A DNA stretch of 64,000 nucleotides from Limisphaerales bacterium (lineage in GTDB: Bacteria > Verrucomicrobiota > Verrucomicrobiia > Limisphaerales > SXQI01), in contig JBGAGW010000012.1 in assembly GCA_044226545.1 (NCBI GenBank), forward strand, positions 66,107 through 130,106, written 5' to 3'. Every line of letters begins with the position of its first letter. The stretch's first letter is position 1. Under the pieces are notes generated by a model. That model was not told where the DNA came from, searched no databases, and was given only the letters and a program-made list of their open reading frames with translations. Position numbers and translations under genes: made by a program. Positions 36,093 to 45,497 of this stretch are shown piece after piece.

Positions 36093-37910
36093 ATGCGCGA
36101 ACCGTTGTATCTGGGGATCGAAGGGGGAGGCACTCGAACTAGTGCGTTGCTTGCAACCGCGAAGTTGCGCGTGATTCGGCGCGCTACGTTCGGGCCCGGC
36201 AATTTCCGCCTGCTCAGTTCCTCCGCACTCGAAAAACTTTTCCGGCAGATCGCCTGCTCTTTATGCGATCAGGGCACAAACGTGGTGGGGCTCGGCATCG
36301 GCCTGGCCGGTGTGCGCGATGACCATGACCGGGGAGCGGTCAAACACATTGCCGAAAAGGTGTGGCCGAACCTGCCAATCTTCGTCACGCATGATTTGCA
36401 AATCGCACTCGCCGCTGCCGCGGTGGGAGCTGAAACGCGCGCGAGGGTACTTGTCCTCTCGGGCACTGGTTCCTGCTCCTACGGCGAGAATATCCGAGGG
36501 GACACGGCCAAGGTCGGGGGCTGGGGCCACCTCCTGGGCGATCTCGGTAGTGGTTACGACATCGCTCTGCGTGCGCTCAAAGCCGCCACCTACGATTTCG
36601 ACCGCGCAGGCAAATGGGGCCTCCTGGGCCGTCGGTTGCTGCGTGGGCTTCTTCTGAACGCGCCCGGTGATTTAATTGCGTGGGCTCAAGGCGCTGACAA
36701 AGCGGAGATTGCGCGACTCACACCGGTGGTGTTCGACTCGAAAGCTGATCCAGTCGCTCAGCGCATCCTCGCGGAGGTCTCGGAACAACTGGCTCAGGAC
36801 GCTGTAACTTGCGCGAGCCGCTTGGTCAGAAAGAGTGAGCCTGTGGCCTTCGTGCTGGCCGGGAACGTCCTGCGCGGCCAGCCGGGCTTCGCCCGCCAGA
36901 TTGGCCGATCCATTCAGGCCAAATGGCGCGGCGCTTCAATCCAGATCGCCGACGACGACGGCGCGCTCGGTGCAGCGAAACTGGCCATCCAACTTTGCGG
37001 CAGCGGAGGTCCCAAGACTCGGATTTCTCGGGAACGTCCGAGCGCGGTCGCACTCCGCTATGTGCCGGTCTTTGACCCGGCCAAGTCCCCCACCGAACAG
37101 CGTAACCCAAAATCGCTTGCGCTGGATAAACTCTCCATCCCAGCCGCTGTTAACCTCATGCTCGATGCGGAAAGCGAGGTCATTCCGGCACTCCGCAAAC
37201 AAAAGCGGCAGATACAAAGCGCCGTTCGCCTCGCTTCGAATTCGTTACAATCCGGTGGCTCTCTCTTTTACATCGGCGCGGGCACCAGTGGGCGCCTGGG
37301 TGTTCTCGACGCGAGTGAATGCCCACCCACCTTTCGCACTTCGCCCGAAATGGTGCAGGGCATCCTCGCGGGCGGCCAAACGGCTCTCTGGCAGGCCGTC
37401 GAAGGAGCCGAAGACGATTGGGAGGCCGGGGCGGCAACCATCCGTTATCGTCAGCTCACTTCGCGCGACATGCTGATCGGAATCGCCGCCAGTGGAAGAA
37501 CTCCCTTCGTCTGGGGGGCATTGGCTGAAGCGCGACGGCGGGGTGCCCGCACCGTTCTTCTGTGCTTCAATCCCTCGCTGAAGATTGATCCTTCACACCG
37601 GCCACCCCTCGTGATCGCTCCTGATCTCGGCCCGGAAATTCTCACTGGATCAACACGCCTCAAATGCGGCACCGCAACGAAACTTGTGCTGAACATGATC
37701 TCCACCCTTTCGATGGTTCGCCTGGGCAAAGTGATGAGCAACCTGATGATTGATTTGAACCCCTCGAACTCAAAGCTGCGCGACCGCGCCGCCCGCATCG
37801 TCCGGGAGTTGACCCACTGTCCGCCCCCAAAAGCGATCGAGGCTTTAGAGAAGAACCGCTGGATAGTGAAGGATGCGGTCGCAGCTCTCCGTCGCCTCAA
37901 AGCCCGCTGA
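36093..37910 (+). CDS. murQ: Bifunctional BadF/BadG/BcrA/BcrD-type sugar kinase (GlcNAc/MurNAc kinase-like) fused to N-acetylmuramic acid 6-phosphate etherase
   Basis: The N-terminal ~300 aa contain LGIEGGGTRT, LSGTGSC and GGWGHLLGDLGSG. The C-terminal ~300 aa contain FYIGAGTSGRLGVLDASECPPTF, GIAASGRTPF and TGSTRLKCGTATKLVLNMIST (SIS/MurQ). Confidence 0.85.
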   Translation: MREPLYLGIEGGGTRTSALLATAKLRVIRRATFGPGNFRLLSSSALEKLFRQIACSLCDQGTNVVGLGIGLAGVRDDHDRGAVKHIAEKVWPNLPIFVTHDLQIALAAAAVGAETRARVLVLSGTGSCSYGENIRGDTAKVGGWGHLLGDLGSGYDIALRALKAATYDFDRAGKWGLLGRRLLRGLLLNAPGDLIAWAQGADKAEIARLTPVVFDSKADPVAQRILAEVSEQLAQDAVTCASRLVRKSEPVAFVLAGNVLRGQPGFARQIGRSIQAKWRGASIQIADDDGALGAAKLAIQLCGSGGPKTRISRERPSAVALRYVPVFDPAKSPTEQRNPKSLALDKLSIPAAVNLMLDAESEVIPALRKQKRQIQSAVRLASNSLQSGGSLFYIGAGTSGRLGVLDASECPPTFRTSPEMVQGILAGGQTALWQAVEGAEDDWEAGAATIRYRQLTSRDMLIGIAASGRTPFVWGALAEARRRGARTVLLCFNPSLKIDPSHRPPLVIAPDLGPEILTGSTRLKCGTATKLVLNMISTLSMVRLGKVMSNLMIDLNPSNSKLRDRAARIVRELTHCPPPKAIEALEKNRWIVKDAVAALRRLKAR

Positions 37911-37914
37911 TTCC

Positions 37915-40569
37915 TTAAAAGGTATCGCCCTGGTTCGGCAGGGGAGTTGAGCGGAGCAACGCATCAATGTCTCCGGAGAATAGCGGCAAGGAGAGAAGGT
38001 AGTTGCGCCGGGAGTTGGCGATGAAGAGTTCGTTGTCGCCGCGGAAGGTCACATATTCGACCAGGTTGCCGACGTTCAAAGGCACGGTCACCGCAGTTCC
38101 GGAGGCTGTGTTCCAGAGTCGCACGGTGTTATCCCAGCTCGCGGTGGCAACCCACTCATCATTCTCGCTGAAGCAGCCCCAGCGAACCTGGTTTTTGTGG
38201 CGGAGCGTTCCAATCATCTCGCCGCGGCGCTTCCAGAGGCGGGCGGTAAAATCCTCGCCGCACGAAAGCAGGAGTGCTCCGGAATGCGAGAAGGTGACAT
38301 AAGTAATACCGTCTTTGTGGAAGAGAGGTTCCCCGATGGTTCTTCCCGACCTGGAAAACAACCGGACGGCGTGCGGGTTTTGTGTGTCGTCTTGAGTGCC
38401 GATCGCGATGAGTTGCTCTGCGGGTTCGACCGCCACGGCGGACACGGCGCCTGGCAGCGCGGCGCGGAAAGAGGTCCCGCCGACGTGCCCGGTGACCACG
38501 TTCCCGGAGGCGGTGAGCTCTGTGTTTGGGCTCCAGAAGCGATCTTTCTCCGGTATCTCAAAAGTGCGCGATTCCTCGACGTGAAATTGGGGTTTCCAAT
38601 CGACCGCCCAGAGCCAGGTGGTACCATCGGCGCAGTGCGTGAGGACGCGATTATCAGAAACGAAGTTGACCCAGGCAATGACGTCTGGATGGTAGAGAAT
38701 GTGGTTCTGGTGCGAACCGCCGATCAGCGGACTGTTCCAAAGTTTGACTGTCCGGTCGAGGGAGCCGCTGGCAACATGTGTTTCATCGGGTGAAAGGGCG
38801 GTAAAAATGATCCCTCCTTCGTGTTCCATCGGGAAGCCGATGCGCTGGCCGGATTCAACGTCCCACGCCACGGCGGTGCGATCGAAGCTGCAAGTGACGA
38901 GCGTCCGTTCGTCTGGAAAGAACATGGCGTTGTAGATGTGAGTCTCGTGTTTGGCGTGAAAGCGCTCAACCCAACCGGCTGTTTCGAGCAGCGCAAAGGT
39001 CCCATTATCTCTCACGAGGCAAACGAAGCGTCCGGAAGGGCTCAGGATCGCCCGATTGAGGTTGTTCGTGATCGAAGGGATTTTGATATGGCTCGGATAC
39101 AGGTAGCCGGTGCCTGCCTTCGTGCTAACGGCGAACAGGCCGTTGTTGACCAGTGACAGATTCCAAATCGGCTCTGGAATCTGGATCGTACGATCGACTT
39201 TGGAGGCCAAATCTATCAGGGAGATCACGTTGGTTTGGCAAATCGCCAGAGTGCCTCCATCCGGAGCGATGGCGAGAAAGGTCGCGCCACGATCAAATTC
39301 CTCGATGACTTTGCTTGTAGTAAGGTCGGTTAGACGCACGCGGCCACGCACAACGCTCGCGAGAACGTTCGACGCGGAGGAGTAACACGCTGGCGAATTT
39401 AAGTCATTGGTCAAGCGGAGCAGGACTCTTGGGGTGTAGGCGAGCGCCGAGCCGAGCCGAAGCCGGTGTTCTTTGGAATTTCGATGATCGAGCAGTGCGG
39501 CCTGCGCGAAATCGGAGAAGGCCGCCAGGTGGTCTCCTTCGTTGAACCGTTCGTTCCCCAAGGCAATTGCGGTGGCGATACGACGCTCCAAAATTTGGTT
39601 GGCGGCGGTTCGTTTGGCTTCGCGGGATTGGAGAAAAACATAGCCGCTGACCAGAAGAGCACAGGCGGTGACAAGCCAGGCTTTCGTCCAGCGCAATGCC
39701 TTTTCCAGTTGGCGTACGCGGCGGACCGATCGACCCTGGAGCAGAAACTCCAATTCGTTCCGGACTGCCAGCGCCGAGGAATGCCGCACTTGCGGATCGG
39801 GATCGCACGCCTTCACGAGTATCTCGTTAAGCTCTGGAAGAAGGCTGTCGACCGGAACGACTTCGGGCAGTCTGGGAAAATCGAGCCGGTCCTGACCGGT
39901 GGCGATCTCGTACAAAAGCTTTCCGAGGCTGTAGATATCGGCCTTGTGGGAGGTCGGTCCTTCCGGCGCGATGAACCCATTGGTTCCCACGATCGAGTTC
40001 GCTTCGGAAGCCTGAGCGACAAGGCCGATATCCGCGAGCTTCGGCTCACCGCGGACAAAGATGACGTTGGAAGGCTTGATATCCCGGTGAATCAGCCCGC
40101 CCAGGTGCAGCAGGTGGATACTCTGCGACAGCGAGATGCCAATACGAATTGCCTCCTCAAAGGGGAGTTTCTCCTTGCGAGCCGACAGAGTCGCTGGTTC
40201 GTAGTTTGGAACATCGATGTTGGAAAAGCCGTTCAGGTCATCCGCCAACTCCATGATGTAATAGAAACCGTTTGGGAGACGACCGGTTTGAAGGATGTGA
40301 ACGAAGCCGGGATGGGTTCGTGACATCGGTTCGAATCGGCAAATCGCTTCGAACTCGCGTTCGTACGGTTTGGAGGTTTCAAACGCATCGCGCCAGATGA
40401 TTTTTATTGCGCGATAGGCGCCGGTCAGAAGATTGCGCGCCAGCCACACCTCGCCGTAACTCCCGGCCGAGACGGGACGAAGCATTTCGTGATCAGCAAT
40501 GGAGTTGGGCAGGCTCGACCTGAGCTTCCGCCGCTTGCTTTCGAAAATCCGCTCGGAACTGAGTGGCAT
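37915..40569 (-). CDS. Ser/Thr protein kinase with one TM helix and C-terminal WD40 beta-propeller
   Basis: Kinase motifs are SAGSYGEVW, YRAIKII, HRDIKPSNV, LADIGLV and GFIAPEG. The TM helix is WLVTACALLVSGYVFL. WD repeats include SLDRTVKLWN, SWDNTVRLWN and GEDFTARLWK. The start is ambiguous: TTG 40644, ATG 40569 or ATG 40485. The first two overlap the upstream gene. Confidence 0.85.
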   Translation of the reverse strand: MPLSSERIFESKRRKLRSSLPNSIADHEMLRPVSAGSYGEVWLARNLLTGAYRAIKIIWRDAFETSKPYEREFEAICRFEPMSRTHPGFVHILQTGRLPNGFYYIMELADDLNGFSNIDVPNYEPATLSARKEKLPFEEAIRIGISLSQSIHLLHLGGLIHRDIKPSNVIFVRGEPKLADIGLVAQASEANSIVGTNGFIAPEGPTSHKADIYSLGKLLYEIATGQDRLDFPRLPEVVPVDSLLPELNEILVKACDPDPQVRHSSALAVRNELEFLLQGRSVRRVRQLEKALRWTKAWLVTACALLVSGYVFLQSREAKRTAANQILERRIATAIALGNERFNEGDHLAAFSDFAQAALLDHRNSKEHRLRLGSALAYTPRVLLRLTNDLNSPACYSSASNVLASVVRGRVRLTDLTTSKVIEEFDRGATFLAIAPDGGTLAICQTNVISLIDLASKVDRTIQIPEPIWNLSLVNNGLFAVSTKAGTGYLYPSHIKIPSITNNLNRAILSPSGRFVCLVRDNGTFALLETAGWVERFHAKHETHIYNAMFFPDERTLVTCSFDRTAVAWDVESGQRIGFPMEHEGGIIFTALSPDETHVASGSLDRTVKLWNSPLIGGSHQNHILYHPDVIAWVNFVSDNRVLTHCADGTTWLWAVDWKPQFHVEESRTFEIPEKDRFWSPNTELTASGNVVTGHVGGTSFRAALPGAVSAVAVEPAEQLIAIGTQDDTQNPHAVRLFSRSGRTIGEPLFHKDGITYVTFSHSGALLLSCGEDFTARLWKRRGEMIGTLRHKNQVRWGCFSENDEWVATASWDNTVRLWNTASGTAVTVPLNVGNLVEYVTFRGDNELFIANSRRNYLLSLPLFSGDIDALLRSTPLPNQGDTF

Positions 40570-43138
40570 GTTCTTCTGGAGATCTTCTGGACGCCCAAAA
40601 CTTTCCGAGTTTCGGGTTGGAACTGTCAAGTTGCGTTCGGACAAATGGGAAGATTCTTTTCAGGGCCCACCGCAGAAGCTCGCGGTTCAAAGGCGATGAC
40701 CCCGGACAAAGCGGATGCTCTTCCATTTCGTGGAACTCTCCGCAGATCTCCTCAACGCAATGGAGATTCTTGGAATGAAGCAGAATCGGCCATTCGCTCC
40801 CTTCGCAATCGAGCTTCAACAATCTGACTCGCTCGTGTGCTCCAAGAATTTCGTCCAACGAGATGGCTTGTGTTCGGCCCGAACCGTTCAGTCGCACCGC
40901 GCTTCCCCCGGTGTTCTCGCCGGATGCGTCCCGCGGAAACGGATCCATCGTGACGCGGCCCCTGGAATGCAGGACGGCCTTGTTGATCACCTCGACTCCG
41001 GAAAAGTGCTTAAGGTTCCGGCGGGCGAGAGCCGCATTTTCCGGGCTTGGTTCAAAACAGAGGATCGCTCTGCTGCCGCGCGCGTGGCAGGTAGCAGCAA
41101 AACTGCCAATGTGGCCTCCTACATCCACGATGCGATCCTCGGCGGCGAAGTGATCTGGCAAGGCATATTCATTCGCGAGGGCCACGCTCGTGAAGATATT
41201 TTCGTCGAACGTTTCCCTGCGGAAGGAGAACCCGCTCTTTGTTCGATATTCGCGGCGCCTCTGAATGGTTCCATCCCATCGGGTCCGGAGATCATCCAAA
41301 AACTGCAAACACTCCCTCTCGTATTGGAATCCCTTTATTCTTTCGTTCTGCCCCCAAAGCGTCCACTTCCGAAGGTTGCGGTGTTGAAAGAGGCGTTTCC
41401 CTTGGAAATCATGCTGGCACATCGTGCCGGTCAAAGGATGAATCGGGTGGGGCGGCATCGAGTATTCCTCACCGAGCTTCCGCCAGGCCATGTGAAAGGT
41501 CTCCTTGTCGCCGTGCATATACTGATAAAAGAATTCGGAATGATCGTTATACCAGTTGGCCAAACTGAGCGCTGCCCAGCACCGTTCCTTATTCACAACA
41601 ATCTGACCGGACTCGAATTCCGGCTCGTCGCGATAATGCACGCCGCACATTTTCCAGATGGCCCGACGCGGTCCCAGTCGCTGGTAATCTGGCCAGAAAA
41701 TCGCGCCGGTGCCGGCATACTCCGGTGAGTCGAAAAGATACTCCGGATTTCGCACGGGTACATTGTCAGCATCGAGCAAAAGTATTTCGCGAAAGGAAGA
41801 GTGTAGCAGGGCGTAGCTCTTCAACTCCCACCCAAGGGGATTTCGCATAGGGTAGCGACTCATCAGGTCGCGAGCGTTCACGCAATTCACCCCAAGGGGC
41901 GCAATCAGCGCTTCCATCGTAGGATCGAGTTCGGTCCGGCCCAGATGCCAGAGTTCGATCGGCAGACGGCAACCATGCAATCGAAGAATGTTGATGCACA
42001 CCCAGGCATTCGTAAAATAACTTACTCCGCCTCCGCAGAGGACGATGCCCCGACCGCGAAAACGGCGTGATTTATAACGCGGCATGCGGGCGATAAATCT
42101 GTCCGCGAGAGTGACAGCATTTAAAGGTGTGACGTTGTGCTGTTCGAAATCATTTGCCGCGGCGGCGTTGAGGATCGCCCGTTGAGCGAAGATTCGGTGA
42201 GTCGAAGAAAGAGAGGGAACTCGTTCCAGACTGGATTCGAACGCGCTAATGACCCGCTCAGTGCTCACCAGATCCATGCAGACCGGAAGCATGTTTCTCA
42301 CCGAGGAACAGCGGACGTCCGGGTCGTTGTTGCGGTCACGATCCGGCAGATCAATGTGACGGTGCTTCCAGCAGTGACTACAGTCGACCTGATTCGCCGT
42401 GCTCAGAAATTGGTGATGCGGATATTTCTCCCACACTTCGGGCTCGCGGGCACCGGCGATAATTACGGCTTCGCGGGACCCTAGGTGTTCTGTTGGAACC
42501 GCGGCGGCCAGATGCATGAGCGAAGTGACGCCGCAAAGCACCCCTTGTGCGTAATAGGTCAGGTGGATCAGGTCGCGAATGGTCGTTTTTCCCCGCAGGT
42601 CAATCGCTCCTTCCAGTTTGGGATGGTAGTTTCCCCATTGGCCCACCTGCACAAATTGGATTCGTCCGCGAAAATGATTGATGACCCTTTGATAGCGTTC
42701 GTGCGACCACCACTTGATCGGGAGATCGAATTTACCTCCCGCGCAAACCAGCCAAAATGGAATTTCATCCTGGCAAAGATTCCAGACGTCCGAATACCAG
42801 TCCCGCTCCTGCGCAGAGAGGTGGATATCGCCCGCGACTCGACGGAGTGTTGCGCGAGTGCCGAGATGCTCGTTCAAAAGGTCGAGGTACGCCCCAATGT
42901 AATGTTGTCCCTTGCTGCCGGATCGATCAATCGTCACGCGATTGCAGTCGATGATCTCGGAAGGCGCGTGATGTGCGGTGATGTTCGGGTTATGCCACCA
43001 GACCTCGCGCGCTCCAGTGTCGACATCGGTGAGGAAGGCGCCCGGGTGCTGCTCATGAAGCTCACGAACAGCACCCGTCAGCGCAACGATATCTCCCAGG
43101 GTGAACCCGCATTTCAGCGTAATTCGACGCGGCCGCAT
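40493..43138 (-). CDS. Three-domain enzyme: GT9 (heptosyltransferase)-like, then GT-A mannosyltransferase-like, then FkbM-family methyltransferase
   Basis: The N-terminal domain reads LVCAGGKF...LRGKTTIRDLIHLTYYAQGVLCGVTSLMHLAAAV. The middle domain reads GIVLCGGGVSYFTNAWVCINILRLHGCRLPIELWHLG...LLLDADNVP. The C-terminal domain reads VDVGGHIGSFAA...LLKLDCEGSEWPIL. Confidence 0.8.
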   Translation of the reverse strand: MRPRRITLKCGFTLGDIVALTGAVRELHEQHPGAFLTDVDTGAREVWWHNPNITAHHAPSEIIDCNRVTIDRSGSKGQHYIGAYLDLLNEHLGTRATLRRVAGDIHLSAQERDWYSDVWNLCQDEIPFWLVCAGGKFDLPIKWWSHERYQRVINHFRGRIQFVQVGQWGNYHPKLEGAIDLRGKTTIRDLIHLTYYAQGVLCGVTSLMHLAAAVPTEHLGSREAVIIAGAREPEVWEKYPHHQFLSTANQVDCSHCWKHRHIDLPDRDRNNDPDVRCSSVRNMLPVCMDLVSTERVISAFESSLERVPSLSSTHRIFAQRAILNAAAANDFEQHNVTPLNAVTLADRFIARMPRYKSRRFRGRGIVLCGGGVSYFTNAWVCINILRLHGCRLPIELWHLGRTELDPTMEALIAPLGVNCVNARDLMSRYPMRNPLGWELKSYALLHSSFREILLLDADNVPVRNPEYLFDSPEYAGTGAIFWPDYQRLGPRRAIWKMCGVHYRDEPEFESGQIVVNKERCWAALSLANWYNDHSEFFYQYMHGDKETFHMAWRKLGEEYSMPPHPIHPLTGTMCQHDFQGKRLFQHRNLRKWTLWGQNERIKGFQYERECLQFLDDLRTRWDGTIQRRREYRTKSGFSFRRETFDENIFTSVALANEYALPDHFAAEDRIVDVGGHIGSFAATCHARGSRAILCFEPSPENAALARRNLKHFSGVEVINKAVLHSRGRVTMDPFPRDASGENTGGSAVRLNGSGRTQAISLDEILGAHERVRLLKLDCEGSEWPILLHSKNLHCVEEICGEFHEMEEHPLCPGSSPLNRELLRWALKRIFPFVRTQLDSSNPKLGKFWASRRSPEEHATQFRADFRKQAAEAQVEPAQLHC

Positions 43139-43382
43139 CGTCTGATCCGTCCTAGTGGGGTGTCGGGGTCGGAGTGGGTTCAGTTTCGCTCCTGATCGGC
43201 AACCGTGTTTTGCGAACGGGTTTTGGACGTTTGTGTAATAACATAGTTAGTTACTATCGGTCGATTTTGTCTGAACGCGCGCGATAACTTCCTCAGAATA
43301 TCGCGTTTGATCTGGGATTCCTCTTCTTTGCCTAAAATCCTGTATCCTGTGAAATGTCGTAGTGAAACTAATGCAGACATAA

Positions 43383-44063
43383 TTAAATGTTCCCTTCATC
43401 GATTTTGAGTGCTTCGTTCTTCACGAGCTTGCGAACTCGATAACAGGCGAGATAGACAGCGGGCACGCTCATGAGCAAAAGGCGGCCGGTTTCCACCGCG
43501 CTCTTTCCCTGAATGACGTGAGTGATGAACGCCTGGACCATTCGTGGTTTTGCGCGTTCCTGGACGCGCCGAAGCGCCTCCTCGGTGAGGTTCACCCGCC
43601 AGTCGTCCTCCCAATTTTTTTCAATTTGCCGCTCGATCTGTTCTCGGAACCAGTCCTGGTCCTTCGCGAGTTTTTGCCGCTCGCGCAGCCGATCCGTAAT
43701 TTTCCAGCGGGTCAAATTCATCAGCCAGGTTTTGAAAGAGCAACGGGCCGGGTTATAGCGAAATTCGGCGATTTTTTTTGTAAGGGAAATCATGGTTTCC
43801 TGAACAACATCTTGCGCATCTTCGTCGGAGAGGCCTGCCTTAATGGCGTTGTGATAGATCAGACGCCAGTACGTATTAAAGAACTCGCGCCAGCTTTCTC
43901 CTTCGGACGTTTGCTGCAGCCGCGAAAGGAGGCTTTCGCGGGTGGGAACCAGAAGGGGATCGAGCGTGGAGTGGTCGTTGGAGCTGAGAGCCGAGTCAGT
44001 CTCTCGTGCGAGAGCTGCATCAGCCTCATCTTTCCCACCACTGGCACGCGCAAAATCGGTCAT
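43383..44063 (-). CDS. ECF-type sigma factor with a ~55-aa N-terminal extension
   Basis: Region 2 reads FFNTYWRLIYHNAIKAGLSDEDAQDVVQETMISL...FKTWLMNLTRWKITDRLRERQ. Region 4 reads HVIQGKSAVETGRLLLMSVPAVYLACYRVRKL. Confidence 0.8.
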   Translation of the reverse strand: MTDFARASGGKDEADAALARETDSALSSNDHSTLDPLLVPTRESLLSRLQQTSEGESWREFFNTYWRLIYHNAIKAGLSDEDAQDVVQETMISLTKKIAEFRYNPARCSFKTWLMNLTRWKITDRLRERQKLAKDQDWFREQIERQIEKNWEDDWRVNLTEEALRRVQERAKPRMVQAFITHVIQGKSAVETGRLLLMSVPAVYLACYRVRKLVKNEALKIDEGNI

Positions 44064-44198
44064 TTACACCCCATATAAACGGGGATCGAGGCGAAATCCT
44101 TTCCAAGTTTTTTTCGACGTGATACAAACGTAGATGTAAGCAGTTAACGCAAAGTCAGTTAGGAACGAAAAAAATTAGCAAAGCCGGTGCGGTCTAAG

Positions 44199-45449
44199 CT
44201 AATTACGCTTCTTTTCTGGCGACAAATTGAATGGGTTCTCGTCTTTATCGATGCATGCGATGGCTTGAATCACGGCGTTGGTGTTCAGTTGCGTGATTGG
44301 CGAGGCGGCGACGTAATTGCGCATGCGGCAGCCGGTGAGGGTGATGGTCGGTTTCTTATCGCCGCGCACGAGGATGAAATCCTGCGATTTGTTCAACGTG
44401 GTGAGGGCTCCGTTACCGCCGGAGAAGGCTTCGACGTTCGAGAGAGAGGTGTGGCCCTGGCCTTCGATGATGATCGGATGAATCGCTTCAACGGTTGCGC
44501 CGGTGTTCGCGATGATCGCGCCCTGGGCGATTTGCCAGTTCCGATTGAACGTGCCGTCTCCCAGTTTGTGAATGCCGACTGTGACGCAATCGAGGTTGAA
44601 GCTGGTGAGTTGTCCGTAAGTTGCAGGGCCGAGGTAGACACCGCCATAAGCGCCGAAAGTAAAAACATCCATCAACACCGCATTGTCGGTATGGTTGATC
44701 GCGTAGGTGAATGTGCCGGACTTCACGACGGAATCGATCACGGGCTTGCTGAATCCGCCGCGGAAAAAGCGTTCGTTCGAGGGGTTCACGTGACAATGCA
44801 AGATGCGGGGAATGTCGTAGCAGTAATCGATGCGGATGAATTCGCCGCTCAGCGGATAGCCATAGCAGTGTTCGAAGAGGACCTGCTCGCAGGGGTTTTG
44901 GCGGGTGGAGTTGAAATCCATGGCGATGTATTCACCGTAGAATGTGAGGCAGGAGAGGGTCACGCCCTGGGCGGGTTGGGTGTGGGATACTTGAATGGTG
45001 GGTGGGTATTTAATGATTTTGTGAGGGTCGCTCAGTGTTTGTTGCGGATACCAGAATTGCAGGCCGCGCAGTTGGGTCGCGCCTTCAACCATGATGAGAG
45101 GGGCTTTATCATCCTCGATACGGAAGACGCTTCCCACGGGTTGCGGCTTTTCAGGGTGGCGGGTGCCGCGTCCGACGGGGCCATGCACGCCAATGATGGA
45201 AGCGTTGCGCTTCAGTACAAGGCCGCTCTCAATGGGGTAAGGATCTTCGCTAGGTTCGACGAAGAGCGCGGATCCGCTGCGGGCCGCCCAGTCGATTGCG
45301 CGCTGTAAGGCTTCCTTGTTTTGCGCTGCGCTATTCGTCGGCTGAACACCAAATGCACGAATGCTTTTATACAGTCCGGTCGGTACGTCCTGCGCCCGCG
45401 TTTTGGCGAGCGGGAGCAGAGTTGCGAGAACAAAAACAAGCATCTTCAT
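44199..45449 (-). CDS. Secreted right-handed beta-helix (pectate-lyase-fold) protein
   Basis: The signal peptide is MKMLVFVLATLLPLAKTRAQ. The N-terminus FGVQPTNSAAQNKEALQRAIDWAARSGSALFV is typical of pectate_lyase_3-type proteins. The body is rich in Gly/Asn/Val. Confidence 0.65.
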   Translation of the reverse strand: MKMLVFVLATLLPLAKTRAQDVPTGLYKSIRAFGVQPTNSAAQNKEALQRAIDWAARSGSALFVEPSEDPYPIESGLVLKRNASIIGVHGPVGRGTRHPEKPQPVGSVFRIEDDKAPLIMVEGATQLRGLQFWYPQQTLSDPHKIIKYPPTIQVSHTQPAQGVTLSCLTFYGEYIAMDFNSTRQNPCEQVLFEHCYGYPLSGEFIRIDYCYDIPRILHCHVNPSNERFFRGGFSKPVIDSVVKSGTFTYAINHTDNAVLMDVFTFGAYGGVYLGPATYGQLTSFNLDCVTVGIHKLGDGTFNRNWQIAQGAIIANTGATVEAIHPIIIEGQGHTSLSNVEAFSGGNGALTTLNKSQDFILVRGDKKPTITLTGCRMRNYVAASPITQLNTNAVIQAIACIDKDENPFNLSPEKKRN

Positions 45450-45497
45450 CGCGGGTATTGAAAACCTCGTTACGCCGAGAGGCAACTCCGAGAATCC

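Noticed and set aside
40715-41728. 337-aa plus-strand ORF. The same applies to 44187-45308, 8737-9378, 1321-1932, 5908-6399 and similar ORFs.
   Set aside because: Each lies fully inside, and antisense to, a gene with clear family motifs. None has recognisable domains.
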